64,000 nucleotides of DNA from Desulfobacterales bacterium (GTDB lineage: Bacteria > Desulfobacterota > Desulfobacteria > Desulfobacterales > UBA5852), in NCBI GenBank assembly GCA_963674755.2, contig CAXXVS010000001.1, positions 864,001 through 928,000 on the forward strand, given 5' to 3'. The notes under the pieces are model-generated. The model worked only from the letters and a program-made list of their open reading frames with translations, made no database searches and was not told where the DNA came from. A program made the position numbers and the translations under genes. Below are positions 58,330 through 64,000 of the stretch, one piece after another. Position 1 is the first letter of the stretch; the number at the start of each line of letters is the position of its first letter.

Positions 58330-60915
58330 ATGAACCCTAAACATCGATTTGGATTCATGGCCGTCATGGTCATCCTGATGCTGGCGGCTTGCACGGCCAT
58401 GCCGGCCAAAAGCCCCGAGGTGACCGGCAAGTTGGGCTCGCCCGACGCCACTACCACCATCAGCGGCAAGCAGTTGCCGCCACCCGCCCCCGAATTCGGC
58501 GGCGTAATCAAGGACAACGCGATGCAGTCCACCGCCTGGTGGCCGCCGCGCGTCGTGCCGCCCAAGGGGGCGCCCAATGTCCTGCTCATCATGACCGACG
58601 ACGCCGGCTTCGGCGTGCCGAGCACCTTCGGCGGGGTGATCCCCACGCCCACCATGGACCGCATTGCGAAGGAAGGCCTGCGTTACAACCGCATGTTCTC
58701 CACCTCGCTATGCTCGCCCACGCGCGCCGCGCAAATCACCGGGCGCAACCACCACTCGGTGGGCTTCGGCGTGATCGCCGAGCAGGCCACTGGTTTCCCG
58801 GGCTACGACAGCGTCATCGGCGTGGACAACGCCACCATCGGCCGCATCCTGCTGGACAACGGCTATTCCACCTCGTGGTTCGGCAAGGACCACAACACGC
58901 CGACCTACCAGGCCAGCCAGGCCGGCCCCTTCGACCAGTGGCCCACCGGCATGGGCTTCGAGTACTTCTACGGGTTCGTGGGCGGCGATGCCAACCAGTG
59001 GGGGCCGAACCTGTTCCGCAACACGACCCAGATCTACCCCTGGCTCGGCCATGAGGGCACCTTGAAGATGGATCGCTCGAATCCCAAGGCGGAGATCTGG
59101 CCGGTCACCGGCAAGGAGCCCACCTGGAACCTGATTACCGCCATGGCCGACGACGCCATCGACTGGATGTACCGCATCCACCAGACCGACCCCAGCAAGC
59201 CGATCTTCATGTATTACGTGCCCGGCGCCTCCCATGCGCCGCATCACCCCACCAAGGAGTGGGTGGACAAGATCCACGCCATGCACCTCTTCGACGACGG
59301 CTATGAGAAGCTGCGCGAGACCATCTTCGAAAACCAGAAAAAGCTCGGGGTCATCCCCCAGGGGCTCGAGCTGACCCCCTGGCCGGATAAGATCCTGACG
59401 CCCTGGGACAAGCTCAGCCCCGAAGCGAAAAAGCTTTTCATCCGTCAGGTGGAGGTCTTCGCCGCCTATGTGGCCTATAACGATCATGAGATCGGCCGGG
59501 TGATCCAGGCCTTCGAGGACCTGGGCAAGCTCGACAACACCCTGGTCATTTACCAGAACGGCGACAACGGCACCAGCGCCGAGGGCGGACCCATGGGCAC
59601 CTTCAGCGAGGTGGCGTTCTTCAACGGCGTGGCGCCGCCGGTGGACGTGCAGATGAAGTTCTACGATGCCTGGGGCACCGAATATGCCTACAATCACATG
59701 TCGGCCGGCTGGTCCTGGGCCTTCGACACGCCCTTCGACTGGTTCAAACAGAACGCCTCCCGGCTGGGCGGCACCAACCAGAACATGGTGGTGTCGTGGC
59801 CGAAGGTCATCAAGGACAAGGGTGGCCTGCGGGAGCAGTTCGTGCATGTGATCGATATTGTGCCGACGCTGCTTGAGGTTACCGGCATCGGTGCGCCCGA
59901 ATACGTGGACGGGATCAAGCAGAAGCCCATCGAGGGCACGAGCTTCGCCTACACCTTCGACGCGAAAAATGCCAAGGCCCCGTCCCACCACAAGACCCAG
60001 TACTTCGAGATGATGGGTCAGTATGCGCTCTATCACGACGGCTGGATCATGAGCACCAAGGTCAACCGGGCCCCTTGGCAGGCCTTCGAGGCGGCCAACC
60101 CGGACCCGCTGAACAACCAGATCTTCCAGCTCTACAACCTGGAGGAGAGCTGGAACCAGGCCAACGACGTCGCCGCCCAACATCCTGACAAGGTGAAGGA
60201 AATGCGGGCCATGTTCCTCGAGGAAGCCAAGAAGTATCAGGTTCTCCCGTTGAACGCCTCGGTGGGCGCCCGGGTCGCGGCCCAGCGGCCGAGCGTTCTG
60301 GCCGGCCGCAACACGCTCGTCTATACGCGGCCCATGACCGGTGTCCCCCAGGGCGATGCGCCCTACCTGCTCAATACCTCCTATACCATCACGGCGGACA
60401 TCACGGTACCCAAAGGGGGTGCCGAGGGCATGATCGTGACCTCGGGTGGACGTTTCGCGGGCTGGGGCTTCTATCTCAAGGATGGCAAACCCGTGTTCTG
60501 CTGGAACCTGCTCGATCTCGAACGCATACGTTGGGAAGGCCCGCAGGCGCTGGCCCCCGGCCGGCACATTGTGGAGTTCGACTTCAAGTATGAAGGTTCC
60601 GGGGACGGAACGATGGCTTACAACAGCTTTTCCGGCATCGGCCGCAGCGGCGTCGGCACGCTCAAAGTGGACGGCAAGGTGGTGCAAACCAGGAAGATGG
60701 AGAAAACCATCCCCATCATTCTGCAGTGGGACGAGGCCTTCGACATCGGCTCCGACACCATCACCGGCATCAACGATGCCGACTACCTGCCGCCCTTCCC
60801 GCTCACGGCCCAGTTCAACAAGCTGACGATCACCATCGACCGTCCGCAGCTGTCGCCGGAAGAGATCAAGAAGCTCGAGGAGGGCATGAAGAAGATGGAA
60901 GCCGGCCGCGAGTAG
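58330..60915 (+). CDS. Arylsulfatase (Cys-type, lipoprotein)
   Basis: Lipobox LAAC; PNVLLIMTDD; formylglycine motif CSPTRA..TGR; GKDH; GDNG. Confidence 0.93.
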   Translation: MNPKHRFGFMAVMVILMLAACTAMPAKSPEVTGKLGSPDATTTISGKQLPPPAPEFGGVIKDNAMQSTAWWPPRVVPPKGAPNVLLIMTDDAGFGVPSTFGGVIPTPTMDRIAKEGLRYNRMFSTSLCSPTRAAQITGRNHHSVGFGVIAEQATGFPGYDSVIGVDNATIGRILLDNGYSTSWFGKDHNTPTYQASQAGPFDQWPTGMGFEYFYGFVGGDANQWGPNLFRNTTQIYPWLGHEGTLKMDRSNPKAEIWPVTGKEPTWNLITAMADDAIDWMYRIHQTDPSKPIFMYYVPGASHAPHHPTKEWVDKIHAMHLFDDGYEKLRETIFENQKKLGVIPQGLELTPWPDKILTPWDKLSPEAKKLFIRQVEVFAAYVAYNDHEIGRVIQAFEDLGKLDNTLVIYQNGDNGTSAEGGPMGTFSEVAFFNGVAPPVDVQMKFYDAWGTEYAYNHMSAGWSWAFDTPFDWFKQNASRLGGTNQNMVVSWPKVIKDKGGLREQFVHVIDIVPTLLEVTGIGAPEYVDGIKQKPIEGTSFAYTFDAKNAKAPSHHKTQYFEMMGQYALYHDGWIMSTKVNRAPWQAFEAANPDPLNNQIFQLYNLEESWNQANDVAAQHPDKVKEMRAMFLEEAKKYQVLPLNASVGARVAAQRPSVLAGRNTLVYTRPMTGVPQGDAPYLLNTSYTITADITVPKGGAEGMIVTSGGRFAGWGFYLKDGKPVFCWNLLDLERIRWEGPQALAPGRHIVEFDFKYEGSGDGTMAYNSFSGIGRSGVGTLKVDGKVVQTRKMEKTIPIILQWDEAFDIGSDTITGINDADYLPPFPLTAQFNKLTITIDRPQLSPEEIKKLEEGMKKMEAGRE

Positions 60916-61049
60916 GCGGTAATTCGTGAACCACATGGGCCGCCCTTTGACGGGGGCGGCCCATGCCAGGACATCGGTTGGGGGGCGTTGCGGCCCCCAA
61001 CCTTGCAGCAGCAGTTGTATTCCTTCAACGGCAGTCAGGAATAATCCAA

Positions 61050-61976
61050 ATGAAGATAGACGGTTTTTTTATCACCGGTTTAGCGGCGGTCTTTTTTATC
61101 CTGTCGATGGCCCTGCCGCTCTTGGCCCAGCCGGTCAGCAATCCTCCCGCGGGTCCCCTGCCGCAGCTTGCGCCCGGGCAGAGCCTCGGCATCGCCCTGG
61201 GCATCCCCACCGTGCCCAATCTGCGTGACGTGGGGGGCTACAAGACCCGCGACGGCGCAACCGTCGTGCGGGGGCTCGCCTACCGCTCGGACACCTTCAA
61301 TCCGATGAGCCCCGGGGACATCAAGAAGCTCGCGCGCGTCGGTCTGAAGAACGACTACGATTTGCGCACCACGGCGGAAGTGAAGGCCAAGCCCGATGAG
61401 ATGCCGCCCGGGGTGGCCTACCACCTGCTGAACGTGCTGGCCGACGCCAAGTCCGCCGCGCCGGCGGAGCTCGAAGCGCTGCTGCACGAGCCGCAGAAGG
61501 CCAACAAGGCGCTTGGGGGCGGCAAGATCGAGGCCCTGTTCATGGAGGGCTACCGCGAATTCATTTCACTGCCGAGTGCGAAGCAGTCCTATCGCACACT
61601 CTTTCTGGACTTGGCCAATCCGCAGATGGCGCCGGGCGTGTTCCATTGCACCACCGGCAAGGACCGCACCGGCTGGGCCGCCGCCGCGCTGCTGACGCTG
61701 CTCGGCGTGCCCCATGAGACGGTCATGGCCGACTACATGCGCACCAACGATTACACGCTGCCGCAGTTCAAACCCGTGATCGACGACTTCGTGGCCGCCG
61801 GCGGCGACCGCGCCATTGCGGAGGCCATTTTCGGCGTCAAGCCCGAGTACCTGGAAGCGTCGTTCGAAGAGATGCGGGAGCAGTACGGAACGATCGAAGG
61901 CTATTTCGCGGATGGGCTGGGGATCGATGCCGCGCAGCAAAAGGCCCTGCGTAACCTTTACCTGAGCACCCAATAG
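61050..61976 (+). CDS. Exported tyrosine/lipid phosphatase (Y_phosphatase3)
   Basis: NLRDVGGY, DLRT and P-loop HCTTGKDRTG; signal peptide. Confidence 0.9.
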   Translation: MKIDGFFITGLAAVFFILSMALPLLAQPVSNPPAGPLPQLAPGQSLGIALGIPTVPNLRDVGGYKTRDGATVVRGLAYRSDTFNPMSPGDIKKLARVGLKNDYDLRTTAEVKAKPDEMPPGVAYHLLNVLADAKSAAPAELEALLHEPQKANKALGGGKIEALFMEGYREFISLPSAKQSYRTLFLDLANPQMAPGVFHCTTGKDRTGWAAAALLTLLGVPHETVMADYMRTNDYTLPQFKPVIDDFVAAGGDRAIAEAIFGVKPEYLEASFEEMREQYGTIEGYFADGLGIDAAQQKALRNLYLSTQ

Positions 61977-62076
61977 GCTTAGCGCAGCGGCCTCGAAGCA
62001 GAGAGAACCGCGAAGCGCTTATGGCCGCCAGCCGAATAAGGGCTTATGCAAAAAACCATAAGATAAGGAATGGATT

Positions 62077-63618
62077 ATGGGAACAAGACGAATCCTGAAA
62101 ATCATTTCCGTAATTTTCTTCACTGCCGGCCTGGCGGCCGTGCCGGCCATGGCCCAGATGCTCGAGGGACCGCCGGCGGACCCGCAGTACAAGTACTCCA
62201 CCGCGATGCCGCCGGGCGTCGCGATTCCCGAAAAGGTCGAGACGCGCCTGGGCACGCTGCAATTCGACGGCGGCGCCCCGGATGCGTCCACCGCCGACAA
62301 GCTTTTCGACAACCTCGACTTCCAGCGCGCCGTTCAGGCCTATCTGCTCGGGTTGCCGCCGGTGAACCAGTTGGCGAATCGCACGGCCATCCTGACGATG
62401 GGACCGGTGAACAAGACCGTGCCGATCTGGGAAGAGCTGGTGGACTCGCGCACGGTGGAGCTGACCGCGAACGACAACACGGTTTACAGCTGGTTCTGGG
62501 TGGACCTGCACGACGGTCCGCTGGTCCTCGAGGTGCCCCCCAAGGTGCTCGGGCTGATCGACGACATGTGGTACCACTTCGTCATCAACCTCGGCATCAC
62601 CGGGCCCGACAAGGGCAAGGGCGGCAAGTACCTGCTGCTGCCCCCGGGCTACAAGGGCGCGGTGCCGAACGGTTACCACGTCGTGAAGTGCCCCACCTAC
62701 AGCGTCTGGCCCGTCTGGCGCAGCTTCCTCGTGAACGGCGATCCCAAGCCGGGCGTTGACCTGGTCAAGAAATTTACGAAGATCTACCCCCTCGCCGATG
62801 CGGATAAGCCCCACCCGTCGCCTAATTTCGTCGACATGTCCGGCAAGCCGTTCAACATGGTCGGGCCGTCGGGCTACCCGTTCTGGGAAATGCTCGACAA
62901 GGTGGTGCAGGAGGAACCGACCGATACCGTCGATGCGACCACCCTGGGTTTCTGGGCCGCCATCGGCATCCAGAAGGGCAAGCCCTTCGCTCCGGACGCG
63001 CGCATGAAGAAGATTCTCACCGAGGCCGCGGCGGTGGGCGATGCGACGGCGCGAACCATCGCGTATCGGTTGCGCAGCCGTGAGGGCTACTATTTCGCGA
63101 ACAGCAACTGGCGACTGCCCTTCTTCGGCGGCTACAAGTTCGAATGGCAGCCGGGGGTGGCGAACCTCGATGCGGCCGCTTTCTTCTTCTTTCTCGCCAC
63201 GGGGGTCACGCCGTCCATGGACACCACGATCGTCGGCGAGGGGTCGATCTACCCCTGGGCCGCATTGGACGCTGATAATGAGCCGCTGGAGGGCGGCAAG
63301 AACTACACGCTGCACTTACCCCCGAATATTCCCGTGAAGGATTTTTGGTCGGTGATCGTCTACAGTACCCAGACACGCTCGATGATTCAGACGAACGACC
63401 GCTTCCCCAGCGTGAGCAGTCAGAACAAGGGCCTTCAGGTCAATAGCGATGGTTCGGTGGACGTGTATTTCGGCCCCAAGGCCCCGGCCGGAAAGGAAAA
63501 CAACTGGGTGCAGACCATTCCCGGCGAGACCTGGTTCACCATTCTGCGGCTCTATGGCCCGCTCGAGCCGTGGTTCAACAAGACCTGGCAACCGGGGGAG
63601 ATCGAACGGGTCAAGTAG
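62077..63618 (+). CDS. DUF1254/DUF1214 exported protein
   Basis: TANDNTVY, GPDKGKGGKYLLLPP, FWSVIVY, LRLYGP. Confidence 0.88.
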   Translation: MGTRRILKIISVIFFTAGLAAVPAMAQMLEGPPADPQYKYSTAMPPGVAIPEKVETRLGTLQFDGGAPDASTADKLFDNLDFQRAVQAYLLGLPPVNQLANRTAILTMGPVNKTVPIWEELVDSRTVELTANDNTVYSWFWVDLHDGPLVLEVPPKVLGLIDDMWYHFVINLGITGPDKGKGGKYLLLPPGYKGAVPNGYHVVKCPTYSVWPVWRSFLVNGDPKPGVDLVKKFTKIYPLADADKPHPSPNFVDMSGKPFNMVGPSGYPFWEMLDKVVQEEPTDTVDATTLGFWAAIGIQKGKPFAPDARMKKILTEAAAVGDATARTIAYRLRSREGYYFANSNWRLPFFGGYKFEWQPGVANLDAAAFFFFLATGVTPSMDTTIVGEGSIYPWAALDADNEPLEGGKNYTLHLPPNIPVKDFWSVIVYSTQTRSMIQTNDRFPSVSSQNKGLQVNSDGSVDVYFGPKAPAGKENNWVQTIPGETWFTILRLYGPLEPWFNKTWQPGEIERVK

Positions 63619-63861
63619 GTCCCGCGCGCTCAACGCGCGGGCGGTTTTGCAGGGAACGGCAGATCCGATCGAATTCCGATCGGATCTGCCGACCGGCGGC
63701 GGCAACGCCTGTTTCGGCAATGGTGTGAGAAGTGCCCCGGCCCGAATTCCAGGGACGCAGTGACGGCGGAAGCATTGCAGGGGCAACGCCTGACCGGCGT
63801 TTGCGGGGGCGCTTCCCTGCTTTATTGGATCGCAACACAAAAAGGTAAGAGGTAAACAGCG

Positions 63862-64000
63862 ATGAAGATGCTAACCATTCTAACGGCCGGCCTGATCGTT
63901 CTGGCCGCGCCGCATTATACCCTGGCACAGGGGCAGATGGCCACCAAGGCCGCGACGGCCGTCCAAATTGCCGAAGCGCGCAAAGCCAATGCAAAGCTGA
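63862..64000 (+). CDS. Exported protein, partial (runs off the window)
   Basis: GAGG ribosome-binding site; MKMLTILTAGLIVLAAPHYTLAQ signal peptide. Confidence 0.65.
   Translation, partial: MKMLTILTAGLIVLAAPHYTLAQGQMATKAATAVQIAEARKANAKL

Noticed and set aside
58708..60936. Long antisense ORFs (also 4016-5125, 25092-26477, 36480-37781, 54487-55857, 62044-63315)
   Set aside because: Shadow frames of GC-rich, codon-biased genes with clear motifs on the opposite strand

Overview
Bacterial chromosomal segment, GC-rich in most coding regions. Gene content suggests a deltaproteobacterium, probably Desulfobacterales-like (inference, not a database result). (1) 1-31 kb is a cell-surface locus: polysaccharide export genes (outer-membrane beta-barrel, Wza-like exporter, tyrosine kinase, chain-length determinant) behind a sigma-54 promoter. 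It also holds PEP-CTERM-system-type accessories (CAAX protease, TPR lipoprotein, ExeA-like ATPase), two sigma-54 activators, and a PilB/PilC/PilMNOP/secretin/3-pseudopilin T2SS-like operon. (2) 31-52 kb is mostly housekeeping (ugpBAEC, acyl-CoA ligase, trxC, lolA, nadA, yebC, rlmE, radA, mltB) and ends in tRNA-Glu(CTC). (3) After the tRNA is an island-like block. It opens with an HUH/RAYT-type transposase bounded by perfect 27-bp terminal inverted repeats with telomere-like TGACCCC arrays outside them. A sigma-54 activator follows, then a sigma-54-driven run of exported proteins (arylsulfatase, phosphatase, DUF1254). The most unusual signals are non-coding. Several related families of 120-220-bp palindromic elements have copy-specific, covarying stems and almost all share one orientation. 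An 18-bp hairpin is nested inside them, and inverted 9-mer arrays fill other spacers. One element is amplified into an in-frame 174-bp tandem array directly upstream of a pseudopilin cleavage site. All product calls come from motif recognition only; no searches were run.
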